A stretch of 64,000 bases of DNA from Azolla caroliniana (GCA_043228905.1 JBHGNT010000013.1:682001-746000), one strand, 5' to 3'; shown: positions 10,996 through 25,754, numbered from the stretch's first letter. Numbers and translations are program-made. The notes: generated by a model from the letters alone, not told the origin.

Positions 10996-13900
10996 TTATT
11001 CCTCTTCCAATATGCCGAGGATATCCTCGGGGGCGTGGGGTTGGGCTGGCTGCTCGACAGGTGGGGTTGTTGATGGAGGTGGTGTTGCCGAGTTGGGGAT
11101 GGCGGTGTCGGCGTGTGTGCCCTCCTCTGTTGGGACCGATTCAGGTAGGGTCGGGGTTATAGTCTGTGGCTCCGGTGGGATGTGGACGTTCGTAGGAGCA
11201 GGTTCCTCCGGTCTAACCACCGTGGTGAGTGGTTCGGTTGGGATGTGGAGGTTGGTAGGGGTAGGTTCTTCCGGTCGAGCTGCCATGGGGAGTGACTCAG
11301 TTCCTTGCTTGGTGTTTGTGGGAGCTCTGTGACTCCCGGTAGCGAGTCGTTCCTCCTCGTCGCTTCAGCTTCTAAACGAAACACCATTAGATCGTCGTTG
11401 AATTCCTCCAAGAGTTTCTCGATGGCCGCGGTGTGGGTTGTTTCCAAGGTATTATATTCTTCCATTAAGTCTTCACGGAGGGTCTGGATGCTGGTGTCAT
11501 CCATCTTGTAAAACCGCCGGCCTTCCTTCTGTCAGTTCTCGGCATCCGCGCGTAGTATGTGTAGGTCTGCGGCTTGGGCTGACCATTCCTGCCAGACATG
11601 GTCAAGCGTTTCTTTGATCTTCGTGGTGAATTGCTGGCCATACCTGTGGATTAGGGTCTAGATTTTGGTATCGTCCATGCCGATGCTCGTGCGGTGAACT
11701 TCTAGTGCCTCCCTTGCGGCCTTGGTTTCTGCTTGGCTTTTGCGGGCGAAGAGTGCTAAAGTAGCTTGATTATCTTTTGCTTTTTCCGTGATAAGCGCGA
11801 TGGTCTGCTCATAACGGTTGGTGAGCTGAGCTACAATTTCGTCCCTTTCCTGTCGCCAGGCGTCCCGGTGTTGTTCTTTGACGGCGATGTGCTCGGATTG
11901 CAACTAGTGATATGCATTGGAAATTTTTGCTCGTTGCTCCTTCGAGATCCTCCACTTCTGCATATGTTCGTTGGCCATGTCCTAGAAGGCGCGTTGATCA
12001 CGGCGTAATTCCTGGTTGTCGGTGAAGAGCTCTTGTTCCTGTTGGCTATTCCGTTCGGTTTCTTTGATGAACTGTTCCTTAGCCTCAGTGATAGAGACTT
12101 GGAGGGTCATCACCTCTCGTTCTCGTGTGTCAAGCGCGACCGACCTTTCAGCAAGCAATCGCTGGAGGTTCGCTTCGCGGCTCGTGGCTTGTTCTCGTTG
12201 CTAGGCAAGAATGTTGTTGTGATTCTGTTTGGCCAACTTGGCCAGAGCGATCTGGGCTTGAAGCTCCTCCTGGTAGTCCCTAAGGGGAGGCCCTGTCTGG
12301 GTTGCCACTTGCTGGAGTTGGGCCGAGGACTCCCTGTTTGTTTGTGTCGCTCGTTCCATGACTTCCGGAGGTGGTGGCGTTTGCGTTGAGGCTTGGCTGG
12401 TTTGTCGGCCAAGGCCGAAACGGTATGAGGAGTACCCGGCTACGGAGAGCCGGATGGTGCAGGCCCGTTATGAACCGGATGAGGAGTACCTGGCTACGGA
12501 GAGCCGGATGGTGCAGGCCCGGTATGAACCGGAGGAAGAGACATATTCGTAAATATGTTTCTGAGAACCCATCGAGGCTATATTTGTAAATAGCCGAAAA
12601 GTCATATTAGTATAAATATGACTTAGGGCAACCTTTTAGTTGTAGTTGTTATTTTCTTGTTGGTGCAAGAAGAAACGAGAGCACGTAACAGTGTACAGAG
12701 AGAGAGAGAGTGAAAGAGGTCGCTGCCTTTGTTGTAACCGCCGCCTGTGGCGAAGATCATGAGTCCGAGGTCGTTGCCTCCGTGTACTCACTACTTTGTA
12801 CATTCATACATAGTGACAGTTTGCAGCCTGTGGGCTGCCGTGGTTTTTCCCCTAGTTTGGGGTTTTCCACGTAAACCTCCTGTGTAGTGTGTGTGTATCT
12901 CCCTCTCCTTTGTATCATGTTCTATTTCCCATTTTTTGTGTATGAAAATAATCTCGGTTGTGGCCGAGCGTTGCGCATAAGGAACGTTGGGTTCCTCGTT
13001 AGGGCTGATATCTACCCGTGAAGAAGGCTCACTTGTCTGTACCGAGTCCATCATTGTGCTAGCCTCGGCCGTGGCTACCGTGGGGTGGGCAGTGTCGTCT
13101 TTGTGTGCTACGGTACCTTCAACACTCGGGCTCGGGTTCGGAAGAGTGGCTGGTGAGACAGCTTCACTCGGCGCAAGGAGGATTAAGGGCAGTTGTTGCT
13201 GCGTGAGTGTCGCTAGTTTCTCCTCGGCGGCTTGCCATAGGTCGGTAGCCCGTTTGGCTTGTTGATGCGCCGTTTTGATACGTCGGGCCATGTCCTTAGC
13301 TGCCTCAGTAGTCTGGTGTAGATTGCGATATGACTTGACTAAGGTCATGTTCAGATCCGGTAGTTCCATGAGGAGCGAAACATTCTTTACTTGCTTCTTC
13401 TGTCCTATCTTTTGTAAGGCTCAATCCTCGTGAGGTTCAATTTCACCCATTAGAGTGCGTTGAATCATCTTTGTTTCGGCGTGCTCCTCAGCCATACGAG
13501 CGACGACAGCTACTTGGCCGCGCGCGAGGAAATCCATTAACTCGTAAGTTGTGCCCAGTCGAAGTAGGGCACTGAACTCGTATGCCTCCGCGGGGAGATC
13601 TTTGTATCCGAGGACTTCCTCCCCTGATATCTGCGTGGTTTGGCCATGCTCAATCGTTCCGACTTGGAGCCATGACTCCGCTAGTACTATGTCCATGGAG
13701 GGGGGGCTAGCCTCTTTTGATTTCTGACGCTAGTTGCCTCTCGAATGCTACGACGTCTTTTTGGCGGCTGATCTTGTGCGTTCGGGGCCGATGGTGTTGG
13801 CTCCTCGGGCTGTTTCCTTTTCTGCTGCCAGATGGCTGAGGGCTGCTGGCTTGTGGGCCGTGGGCTCGATTGTGGAGAGGTCATTGATGTCCTTGGTGGC

Positions 13901-14850
13901 CTCTGGCGTATGGTGACATCCTCGGGGATGGCCTCCTCGGCCTCATCCCATTCGACACGGGTTGTTGTTACCGCCCGTTGTCTTTGTGTTTTTGGTGGGG
14001 GTGGGGCCGAGGTGGAAGTGGGGTTCCGAACGCCTAAGGGAGGTGGAGAAGACGAGGAGTCTTCCCATTCTTCCTGAGTTATTTCCAAAATTTGCCTGCG
14101 TTGTTTCCTTGGTGGTGGTGTAGAGGTCAAGATGCGATGAGGGGAAACCGAAGGAGGTGGGTAGAGGACTGTAAGGAAGTGATTGATCACATGCAACAAA
14201 CGCTTACCGGTTTGGAAGGAGTCGAGCGCCGCACGGATTCCTTCGCCTGTGATGATTCCCCAGTCGATTTTGTTTCCCTCGTAGGCATTGATAATGATCG
14301 CCGCTTTGCTCTGTGGCATACTGGTAGGGTTGGTATGCACGAACATGTACTCCATCAGGATGCGAGCGAGTTCTCCAAATGCCTTGTTGGATCCACGGTA
14401 GGTGCGGTAGGCTTTACCAGATATGGAATATGCACCAAAGTATTCCTTTAGGGTCGTGGAAGGGGGAATCTTGACCTCATGATCACCTCCTTGTTTTAGG
14501 TCCAAGGCAGCCCGAATCATATTGTTAGTGACTGTGTCCAGGTGGATTCGGCGTGCGACCGCTTGGGCATCAGGGTGTGCAGGGGCATCAATCACCCTTA
14601 AATAACCACCCAATCCTCGTTCCTAAAGCTAGGAACGGGTCTCCTGTGAAGCTGCAAGAGGCATACTGGACTCGAGGTTCTGTTGTGTGGAAGATTGGGG
14701 AAGGAGGATTCGACCAGGCCGAGACAGAGCGAGGGAAGGGGATAGTTGTGGTGCGGCAGAGGGGCTACGAGGGCAAGAGAGGGCTTGTGACCAAGAGCGG
14801 TGGGAGCGATGAACGCGCTGAGAGCGAGAGGAAACTTGAGAGCGTGGGAG
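10996..14850 (-). pseudogene. Extra ORF downstream of pol in element A (fragmented, coiled-coil rich)
   Basis: FGELARILMEY..MPQSKAAIIINAYEGNKIDW and LRADAEN..KEG align with the extra ORF of element B. Confidence 0.8.
12403..12980 (+). mobile_element. Solo or truncated Copia LTR (relative of element C LTR) inserted in the extra ORF of A
   Basis: Shares GGCTATATTTGTAAATAGCC, TATAAATATGACTTAGGGCA, CCGCCGCCTGTGGCGAAGA and CTCGGTTGTGGCCGAGCG with the reverse complement of the C LTR. Contains a 54-bp tandem repeat. No TSD found, so boundaries are approximate. Confidence 0.8.
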
Positions 14851-15199
14851 CGATGAAAGTTGGGTGTGTAAGAAAACGTCTCTGTGTGTGGTGGGCTTGG
14901 GGTAACTGTTTTTTAGTGAACGCCTAGGGTTTTGTGCATGAAGAGGAGCCTGGAGATTCTTGGGCGTGGATGCCATAATAGGATATTATGGCCACGTGTC
15001 CTAGGGATTTAGTGCTTTGCCTTGGATGCTGTGCATGTGCCTTTAAATACTTAAGTGAATGTGAATGTGACTAAAGTGTGCCTCTAAACATGACGTGATT
15101 TGGGTGATGTGGTAGGTGGTGTAGGTGGAACTAACTAATTGCTAAAACTATGCCTAATCCTACCTAATGTCTACTTTGGAATGCTGGTGGGTTCTTACC

Positions 15200-18100
15200 A
15201 AGGGGGACGCGTGGCCTCCCTCGTGTCATTGTCCGTGCCGTGAGACTCGGCGAAAGGGTTGGCTGGGGTATTCCCCTGGTACGGTCGCAGTCGGAATCCA
15301 TTCACCCAGCTTTTGACAATTTCCCTGGTGAGCTGGAACATGCTGTTAAACTCGTCAATAATCTAGAAGGGGCCGGTCCATCGAAATCTTAACTTTCCTG
15401 GCATAGCACCAAGTCGCGTTTGGAAAACGAGGACCGGTTTGCCTATGGTCAGTTCTTGTTCCAATCCCTTCCGATGTCGGTCCACAAAGGCTTTCCGTTG
15501 TCGTTGGAGCTGTTCAAGTTGGGCCAAGCTTGCTACTCGGTCCTCGCCAAGTTCGAGGAGTTGTTCCAGCCTCAATTGTTCGGATTGGGCCTCGGGGAGT
15601 CGTGCTTTAACTTGAACTCGAAGACTCAGAACTTGGAACTCGATGGGCATAACAACTTCAAGACCAAAAGCCATCCGAAAGGGGGTGGATTGAATGCTCG
15701 TTTTGAATGTCGTGCGGTAGGCCCATAGTGCACTCTGGAGCTTGTCATCCCAATCAGTGCGGTTCTCGTTGATGATCTTCTTCAGGATTGTTTGGAGAAT
15801 TTTGTTAGTCGATTCTGCCAATCTGTTTGCCTGCGGGTAGTATGGTGTACTTTTCTTATGTACTATGCGTAGTGAGTCGTAAGCTCGCGTATTATATGGT
15901 TTATAAAGTGCCCACCTTGGGCACTAACGAGCTCAATTGGACATCCATAACGACACAAGAGATGTTCGTACATGAATTTGGTCGTGGATGTTGCCGTGTT
16001 GTCTTGTAAAGCCTTTGCCTTAACCCATTTTGTGTAGTAGTCTGTGGCCACGATGATATACTTATTACCGGTTCGGGCTGTGGCTGGTTTGAAGGGTCCC
16101 ACAAAATCTAACCCCCATTTTTGAAATGGTTCCAATGGAAGAATGGGTTGGTGTGGCATTCGAGCTTGTTCCATCGACTGACCCAACCGTTGGCACAAGT
16201 CGCACTGTTGGCAGAACTCGTGGGCATCCTTCTTCGTTGTAGGCCACCATAACCCACTCTGCCATACTTTCCTGGCCGTGGACTCTCCGGCGTAGTGTCC
16301 GCCGACGATTCCTAGGTGGGCCTCTTGGACGATGGCATTCTTCTCGAATTGTCGAATGGCTCGACGCCATATTCCGTCTGAGCCTTTGTGGTAGAGGATG
16401 TCGGAAACGAGACAAAAGTTGTGGCTACGTACTATGAGTCGTTTCCGTACATCGAGGGCCATGTGGTCGGGAGGCAAGCTAGTACTAAGGAAATGGGTCA
16501 TCTCCGTGATCCATTCATCTTCTTTGTCGTCTGGTAGCGTTGTGAGATGAAACAAGCCGGCATCGGGTAAATCGTCATACGTGGGCTCGGCAGGGTCTCT
16601 TGACTCGAGGCGGCTTAGGTAGTCAGCGACGGCGTGTTGGACTCCGGGTCGATGTTGTATATGAAAATTGAACTCTTGTAATAGGAGCATCCATCGAGCC
16701 AGTCGACCTGTCAAGGCTTGTTTATTGACCAGGTAAAGTAGGGCTGAGTGATCGACGTGAAATGTGAATTTTCGGCCTAAGAGGTAATGCCGAAATTTAC
16801 TAATGTTGTAGATCATACCGAGGGCCTCTCGTTCTGTGGTTGAATAGTTCTTTTCCGCGGCCGAGAGACGTCGGCTAGCATAATACACCGGCCGATACCA
16901 ATTTGGGGGTGTGCATTGCATAAGTGCGCTCCCGATGGCTATATCTTATGCGTCCACGAAGACGTGAAAAGGTTCCGACCATATCGGGGGCTGTACAACT
17001 GGGGCATGCGAGAGCATTAATTTCAATCCTTGGTAAGCCTTGTCCTCGATTCAAGTCCATTGAAAGGGGAGTCGATGCACCGCCGCGTGTAGTGTTGTCG
17101 CGAAATCGGCCAGGTTGCGTATCATCCGGTTGTGCCATCGGATTTGTCCCAGAAATCGGCTGAGGTCTTTTGCGTTCGAGGGTGCGGGGTCACTTAGTAT
17201 GGCTTGTACTTTATCCGGGTCCATGACGATACCTTCTTGACTGACGATGTGCCCAAGGAGGTTGCCGCTTGTGACCAAGAATGCGCATTTCGCCGGGTTT
17301 AAACTTAACCGAGCTTGGCGACATCGATCAAGATAGAGACGTAACTGGGTCATGTGTTCCAGTCGCTGACCATATACGGCGAAGTCATCGATAAAGACTT
17401 GCATGAACGCCGGGATATACTCGTTAAAATTTCGGTGATGATGCGTTGGAATGTCGCCGGTGCCGTTTTTAAACCGAACATCATTACTTCTGCTACGAGA
17501 ACACCCCATTCCGTGACAAATGTTGTTTTCTCCTGATCATCCGGGTGCATTCTGATTTGGTTGTAACCACTGAACCCGTCTAGAAAACTGTAGCATTCGT
17601 GACCTGCCACCGTGTCGAGAACGTTGTCCGTGAACGGGAGAGGGAATCCATCCGTGACCGTTGCAACATTAAGCTTGCGGTAGTCAACACAGACTCGGAT
17701 TTTCTCGTTTTTCTTGGGAACGACTACGATTGGGCTCAACCATGTGGCGCGTTTGACCGGTCGTATGAACCCGACTCGGAGGAGCTTGTCTATTTCTTCC
17801 TTGACCTTAGCCACATAATTTCGTCTTTGCTGAACCGGCCGAGTGTCCGGGAGAAGATGGATCTGGTGTTGGTAGTATTGTGGGTCCAAACACTTCATAT
17901 CCGTGTAAGACCATGCAAATACATCCTGGTAATCAGTGAGTAAATGTATGAGGGTTGCTCATTCACCGACGGGTAAGTTATTAGCAATCTGTAGGGTGCG
18001 AGGGTTCTCGTCCGAACCGAGGTTCAGTGTTTCGAGCGTTGATGCCTTCACTCATTGGGAGATGGCGAGTTCACGTTCAAAAGCGTCCTGAGCGTGTCGT

Positions 18101-20395
18101 AATTCTACGATGGTGGTGGGATCGGGCTCATCCTGTGGAGGTGTATGCACCGTGACTTCCTCGTCTAGAGGTGTGTTGATGGCCGTCATGGTGTCGATTT
18201 CGAAGAGAGGTATGATAGTGGGATGGTCTTCTAGGAAGTCATCCACCTCGTCATCGGCTAACGCGTCGAGCATGTGCACCCCTTCCGTGTATAATGGCGA
18301 GGTGTTGTGGGGTGTGGTTACACATTCTTCGGTGATGACCCGGACCTTGGTCTTTCCTCGGCGAAATGAGATCATGTTGCGTTGCCAATGTTGTTTTATA
18401 TTTGTTGTTCGCAACCATGGTCTGCCCAGTAACATTGGGTAAGCCCCCTATGCTTCGAGTCGTAAGACAACGGCCGAGATAGTGAACATGTGACCTCCTA
18501 GAGTAAAGTAGAGGTGGCGGATTAATCTGATGGGGTGAACCGATTGTGTGTCGGCCATCCGAAGCCAAAAGGGGCAAGGTTCCCATTGATGCAGGTCAAG
18601 TTTATGACAAGTAGCCTCGTTGGTGACATTCACGCCAGAGCCGCCGTCAATTGTGCACCCGTGCAGGTCCCTTCCTTTAATCATAATTTTTATGGCTGGA
18701 TTCTGCACATCCATGAGAGGTGGACCCGTTCCTGGTTTGGTCAGGTGCACAGGTGGCGCGGTGGAATGGGTGTTGGCCGTGAGTGAAGCCAAGGTGTCCC
18801 GCAAACGTGGCATGAGTGGTAAGAGTTTATGCAGAGGCAAGCAGATCCTGGAACTGGTAAGGGTGTCCCACAGTTGGTCATCTTCTGTCGCCGTGGATGG
18901 TGTCGAGGACTGTGTTGCTCAGATGGTCGCGTCTCCCATTTCTGTTTGCATCCGCACCACATTATTTTTGTTGGCTGTATCCATCCATTCTTTGGCTGCT
19001 TGCCGGACTTCATCCTGGACTTGCCATGGGGTAGCCTGGGCTTTGTTGCGTGTGGTGATGTTTTGCACGTCGGCCATAATACTATTCACGGCAGGAGCCT
19101 TTCCGCGGTCTGTTGTTGGGCATTGCGTAGCGTAGTGACCGGGTTGGTTCCACTTGAAGCAGGTAACATCGGCCGAGTTGCTGGTGCCAACCCAATCTGT
19201 GTGTGTGTGGGGGGTGCGGTTGATTCCCGGCCCTGTGTGTTTGTGGGTTGGTCCAGGGCGCGTTCGAGCTACGCAGTTCATTGTGCTGTGGGTCCCGACA
19301 ACAATTGTCATTATTCCTTCAGTTATTGCGCGATCCTCAATGAGAGTTGCACCAATCATTACGGAAATTTCTCAGATCATATTGGTCATCCCGATCCTCT
19401 TTATTCCGATAATAATCGTCGTTTGCCCGATACTGGTCATCGTGATAGAGATCATGACGATCGTCCGATCTCCGTCGGTTGTCGTTTCGGTAACGGTCGT
19501 CGTCCCGACGGTAATCGTTGTTATGGCGCCGTCTATCCGGTGATCGGGTTCGTTGGTTATCCTAGTTCTGGTAGGATTGTCAATCGTCCTGACAAGAGTA
19601 TGTATCCCTAGGCTCGATCTGGCGAACCGGAGCCATCGTTGTGCGGTTGAGCATATTGTATTCACAGTGCTCGACGGTGTGGGATCAGGACTGGCAGATT
19701 AGACACTGTGGTCGGTGAGGACATTGGAGGGCGAGATGGCCCGATCCCACGAAAATTGTGCATTGGAGGGCGTGGCGGAAGCAATTGTCCTCTTGGGGAA
19801 GGGCGCTTTGCAGTGAACTCATAGAGAAAGCCGTGCTTTGCTGAGTCCGATTGAGGGTGAGGACGCGCGCTATGACTTGCTCAATCGTTTGGTTGTCAAA
19901 ATTAGTAAGTGCAAGAGTCATCCGTAGAGGCTCCCGTACGTTGGACAGGAATGCGTCCGGAATGTGTTGTGCAGAGACATCATCGGCCACTTGTCTGTAG
20001 AGATCCCAGAACCGAATCGTGAACTGTGCGACCATCTCGTGCGGTTCTTGTCGCATGGAAAAGACTGTCGGAGCAATTCTCGTTTGGGCACCTCACCATG
20101 GAACAGTTCTAGGAACTGTATGCGAACGTCGTGGAAGGTGACAAACTCCCCTATGTCAAGGCCAGAATACCAACGTGCAGCTAGTCCATCGAGGGATAGC
20201 ATTAACTCGGCAATTTTTGAGGCCTCGATTTCGGTAGGTGAGAGTCGCTGTGTTGAGTGGTTAGACTGCCAGGTGGACACGAAGGCACGGACGTGCGATT
20301 CCATGTCGGGGCTGTCAGTGTATCGTGGGTAAGGATACGGCATGGTATCAGATTCGGAGTCTTCCGGTTAAACCGGAAAAGGGTTAGGGTCAGGG
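15200..20395 (-). pseudogene. gag-pol of element A (frameshifted); the 5' part of gag continues at 35640-35880
   Basis: Zn knuckle, IDGGSG protease, YSFLDGFSGYNQI, VFIDD, RH YYASR, integrase HHCC, WGLDF and GPF motifs. Confidence 0.9.
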
Positions 20396-20400
20396 TGGGT

Positions 20401-20819
20401 TGTTACCGGCCGGCAAGGAGTCCAAAATACGGAGTGAAGGAATTAATTAAGTATGGTTGTAAATAAGCATAGTATGGACGGACGGACTGGAAATGGTATG
20501 CCGTTCCAGATCCGGACGGATCCCGAATAGGTGCGATAGGCACCGTTTTGTACTACGGGCCGGAAACCTATTTAAAGGCCCGGACCCCATTGTAATCGCA
20601 GCGGATAATTAATAGAGCGTATGGTGTTTATACTTCTGTGTTGATTTCCGTTCTGTAATTACTGTTATATCTTACGCGTGTAATTAACAAAAGCGCTCTA
20701 ATCGTGTAACCTACTTAAGTCGGTGTAATCGTTGAGTCATAATCCTATGCCGTAATCACCCTTTGGTGAAGTGTCTCCGCGACACCTTGTGTTAGGCCTT
20801 GTCCGGTCAGAGAACAACA
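20401..20819 (+). repeat. 5' LTR of element B
   Basis: TG...CA termini, TATTTAAA box, matches 35216-35634. Confidence 0.95.
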
Positions 20820-20825
20820 CAGTTT

Positions 20826-20835
20826 TGGCGACCAC
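20826..20835 (+). promoter_or_regulatory. Primer binding site of B, probably tRNA-Arg(UCG)
   Basis: TGGCGACCAC, 6 nt after the LTR. Complementary to the recalled plant tRNA-Arg(UCG) 3' end. Confidence 0.7.
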
Positions 20836-20872
20836 GATTCCTGCTTTCTCGCAGCGAACGACGGCTTAATGG

Positions 20873-23800
20873 ATGACTAGACCAACGCACGACCTGGTTA
20901 CAGACCGAGCTCGACGCCTCGCCGAATGGCAAAGACGGCGTGAGACTTTCCAGCAAGCAGCGCACGAAATTCGCTCGGATCGTTCGTTCTCCAACGTGAT
21001 CCGGAGAGTCGCGGAGGAATCTCTTCGGTTACAGCAAATTCGCGACCAGGACGAGGGAAGCAGTCTAAGTGGTCTCCGGGAAACCGAACGCCTCCTCGAG
21101 GCGCTGGCAAGCGGAGAAAACGAGGCAGAAGCCTTTTCAGCCTACGAATCGGATTCCGAAGGGGGATACAACGTGCACACGAACTACCGGAGCAGCAACG
21201 ATACCCCCGGCGACCCGGAGGACGACGGGTCGGATACCGTGCCGACTCCAGACCCGGAACCGTTCGACCAGGGCTATCCGGAACCGCAAACGGAAGCCGT
21301 CAACCCACCAACACCGGAAGTGGAAGAAGCAAAGCCACTGACACCAACGAAAGAGCCGGCGAAGGTACCGGAAGAAGAGCCGGTGAAGGAACCGGAAAAA
21401 GAACAGGAGAGAAAACCGGAAAGATATCGACAAACGCCACTAAACCGCGGCCTAATACTGGACGACGACATGCTGTTCCAATACTCAAAGTATCGCGATG
21501 ATCCGGACGCGGAAGCGCATGTTCATGCCTTCGAGCAGACATGGGAAGCAAATCACGCGTCCCAGCGATTGACACCGGAGGAAGAAGAACGCTCGAAGAT
21601 AACGGAATTCGGGGTCACGTTGGAAGGACCAGCGGCACGATGGCGGCGGACGCAGGACCCGGCGACCATGACAACCTTTGCAGAATTAAAAGCAAAATTC
21701 TTGCATTTTTTCCACAAGGAGGTCGACCAGACGACAATGGTGGGCCTGTTTTATACGATCTGACAGGAGGCAGGGGAAAGCATTCCCCAATTCGTCATCC
21801 GTTTCCAACGAATGCATAGCCAGCTTGCCCGTGCACCCCCGGAGGAGGAATTACGAACGATATTTTTAAACGCACTCCGGGAACCGTTACGCACGGTGTG
21901 TACGGTGATCGACTTTCGAGGAAGCACCATTGACCTGGTCATTGACCGGGTCAGAGAAATGGAAAAGTCAAGCTCATGGCTTACACTGGGAGCACTGCAA
22001 CGGGCGTTACCCACCGATGAAGATCTCCGGTTCCGGCAGGCAATTCAATGCACAATCTGCTTGAATGCTAGACACTCGGCAGTGGAGTGCACCATGCGAA
22101 CCCAGTGTGATTTGTCAATCCAAGAGTCATACAACGGACCGGTGCGAGTATAACCTGTTAAACCGACAAGCACCACCCGCCCGACGGATCGAGCCAAGAA
22201 GCAGCCGAGACGAAGATGAAGATCGTTGGCAAAGAATGAACCGGTACCGACCGGCACAGGATGTCCGGTACGAAGATAGACAAGAGAATGATGGCCGGTA
22301 CGGGGATCGGCATAATAACTACGACCGGTATGAGCGATCGGACCGTTATCGGGAGTCCAACAGACGACACGAGCAATACGACAGAGACCATTCCCCTGGT
22401 TACCGAAGGCACCAAGAGGACTACGGCCAATGTTACGATCCACCACGACAGGACTACCGAAATAAAAATAAGAATAATAAGAAACGTAATTTCAAGAAAG
22501 GTGGTCACCCTAGGGACCCGGAACATGGAACCCCAAGGAGCCAACCGACACAGAACGCACCACTCACTACGGGACCGACTCCGGCTACCAGCAATGCTGA
22601 ATCCAGCAATACCCGTAAAGAGTACTGCTACTACTGCAGGCAGGAAGGCCACTACAGTAACCAGTGCCCAGCAAAGAGCTACGATAAACGACCAGCAGTT
22701 AATATGGTGGTTCCGGAAGTGGCGGATTTACAGCAAGTAACCACACGGTCGAAAGGCATGGCCAAAGAGTGGGAAACACAAGAGGCCATACGAAAACAGG
22801 CGACGGAATGGGTGAAGGAAGCCAATGAAAGGAACGTCGCGGACGTGGAACGGCAAAAGGCGAATACCATAGGGAGTGCCGGCGGTAGCCACGCAGAAAA
22901 CGAGACATGGCAAGCACTGCAAGAATGTCAGATCACGTTGCCATTAGGAAGACTCTTGCAGCTCGTGCCGCGATTTACGGAAGGACTAAAAACGGTCATG
23001 ACAGACGGTGTAGCCCCACCGGCACCAGTCCTCTTCTCGAATCCGGAGGAGGGACCGACGGTGGTGGACACTAGTAGTCCGGTGATTACAGCTATGGTCA
23101 AAGGGCACGAACTTCCCGGCACAGTAATCGATGGAGGTTCCGGGGTGAACGTAATAAGCCTCCGCACGTGTGATGCCTTGGGTATACATGAATGGGAGCC
23201 ATGTCCGTTCTGGCTACGGATGGCGGATACGAGCTCTGTACGGCCGACGGGCTTAATACGGAAATTGGAAGTCACCATAGGAGGTCACACATTTCACATC
23301 TCGGCTGTCGTGCTGTAGCTACAGGTGCAAGGCGCGTACCCACTGTTGCTGGGCAGACCATGGTTGAAAACAGCACACATCAAGCAAAATTGGCGGAAAA
23401 ATATGATTACCTTCCGGTGCGGAAAAGCCAAGGTCCGGGTACCGACACAACCACGGACGAGCAACGGTAAGGAATGCACACCGCTGTATGCGGAATGCGT
23501 GAATATGCTTGAAGGGTTAGCAGACGACGAAGAAGCCCAGTACTTGGAGGAACACCCGAAGATCGTACCACTCTTCGAGATTGACGTGGCTGAAGCTGTA
23601 GCACCATACTTGCCGCAGCGGGACGACACCGAAGCCGAACCAGACAAAGATTCGATTCGGGAATTACGGCAAGCACAGGAAGCGTTGGAACGGGAAATGG
23701 CCATTTCCCAACGGGTAAAAACATCCCAGCTCGACGAAGTGAACCTAGGAAACAAGGACGAATCAAAGCCGGTACACATCGCCAAAGAGATGAAGCCGGA

Positions 23801-25458
23801 AGATAAAGCGGCGATGATCAAACTTCTCACGGAGTATCGCGACGTATTCGCCTGGTCATACGAAGACATGCGAGGGCTGGACCCTCAATTATATCAGCAT
23901 CAGATCCACTTAGGCAAGGACGCGAAACCAGTGGCGCAAAGACGTTACCGAATGAACCCCAACTATGCCGCCAAAGTGAAGGAGGAAATCGACAAACTCC
24001 TAAGAGTGGGCTTCATCCGGCCGGTAAAGAAAGCGACGTGGCTGAGCCCCATCGTCGTCGTCCCAAAGAAGAACGGTAAAATCCGCGTATGTGTAGATTA
24101 CAGGAAACTAAATGCAGCCACAATTACGGATGCATTCCCTCTTCCGTTCACGGATGGAGTACTGGATGCCGTCGCCGGCCATGAAGTTTATAGCTTTTTA
24201 GACGGGTTCAGCGGATACAATCAAATCCGGATGCACCCTGACGACCAGGAAAAGACAACGTTCGTCACCGAATGGGGGGTATTTGTTGCCATAGTAATGA
24301 TGTTCGGACTAAAAACGGCACCAACAACTTTCCAGCGAATCATCATGGAGATCTTCGGCGAATACATTCCAGCCTTCATGCAGGTTTTCCTGGATGACTT
24401 TGCAGTCTATAGCCGGGAAAAAGACCATTTGCAGCACCTACGGTTATGCCTTGAAAAGTGTAGGTTATACCGGCTAAGCTTAAACCCAGCGAAATGCATC
24501 TTTGGGGTGTCAAGTGGAATCTTACTGGGACACATTGTAAGTAAGGAGGGCATTGCGGTCGACCCGGACAAAGTAAACGCGATACTAGGGGCACCGGCGC
24601 CGAAAACGGCCAAAGCACTAAGCCGATTCTTAGGACAGATCCGGTGGCACAGCCGGATGCTCCGTCACTTGGCTGACTTGGCTACACCATTACACACCGC
24701 GGTACATCGGACACCGTTCCAATGGACGGATACGGAGGATAAGGCATACAATGCCCTGAAGGCACTGTTGTCGCAAGCACCCGTCGTGCAGCCTCCGGAT
24801 TGGAGCAAGGAATTTCATGTGTTCGTTGACGCTTCCGACATCGCTATCGGCAGCGCCTTAATGCAACTTATGGAGCCCAAATGGTACCGGCCGGTATATT
24901 ACGCCAGCCGGAAGCTGTCCCAAGCGGAGAAGAACTATTCGACTACGGAACGGGAGGCCCTGGGCATGATCTACAGTGTCACAAAGTTTCGTCATTACCT
25001 ATTGGGAAGGAAGTTCTCCTTTCATGTGGATCACTCGGCGCTCCTGTACTTAGTGTCCAAGGCGTCCCTGACCGGTAAGTTGGCCCGTTGGACCTTGCTG
25101 TTGCAGGAGTTCGAATTCGAGATCTTCCACCGGCCCGGTATCCAGCATGCCGTAGCAGACTATCTGAGCCAGTTAGAGTCCGGAGAATAAGGCGACGGAG
25201 TATCGGATGAATTCCCGGACGCAGAGTTATTCCGTATCACCCCGGAAACGGCAGCGGACGACACGGTGGTATCAGAAGATAGGTGGCTGACAAACATGCA
25301 CCAGTTCCTAAGCACGGGCCTGCCACCGGAGGAAATGAACCGGGACGAGAGGAAACGACTGGCGGTGCAGAGCCGCAATTTCTGTCTGTTACGGGACACT
25401 CTCTACCACAAGGGAGCAGATGGAATATGGAGACGGGCAGTCCGTAGTGACGAGAAAC
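20873..25458 (+). pseudogene. gag-PR-RT-RNase H and start of integrase region of element B
   Basis: CYYCRQEGHYSNQC, VIDGGSG, FLDD, FVDAS. In-frame stops at 21761, 23316 and 25188, plus one frameshift near 22100. Confidence 0.92.
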
Positions 25459-25721
25459 TGTTGAACACCGCGCTCGGCCACAACCGAGAAATAGGATCAA
25501 ATCACAGAAAACAGGAAATACGAAATGCTCCAAGACAATAGAGAGAAGAGTACACAGTATGTTTTTCGTGGAAAACCCTAAATGGGAAAAACCACGGGAG
25601 TCCTCAAACTCCAACTCACACTATACACAGAGATATACAATGGTGAAGCTACAAGGCAACAACCTTGAGCTCACTGTCTTCGCCACAGGCGGCGGCAATA
25701 CACAGAGGCAGCGACCTCTTC

Positions 25722-25754
<33 letters not shown>

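Noticed and set aside
18829-19611. Long antisense and alternative-frame ORFs over the Gypsy and Copia coding regions
   Set aside because: These are shadow ORFs of GC-rich retroelement genes.
25567-25597. CGTGGAAAACCC..GAAAAACCAC motif recurring five times in the window
   Set aside because: It is explained as a conserved segment of related Copia LTRs, not an independent dispersed element.
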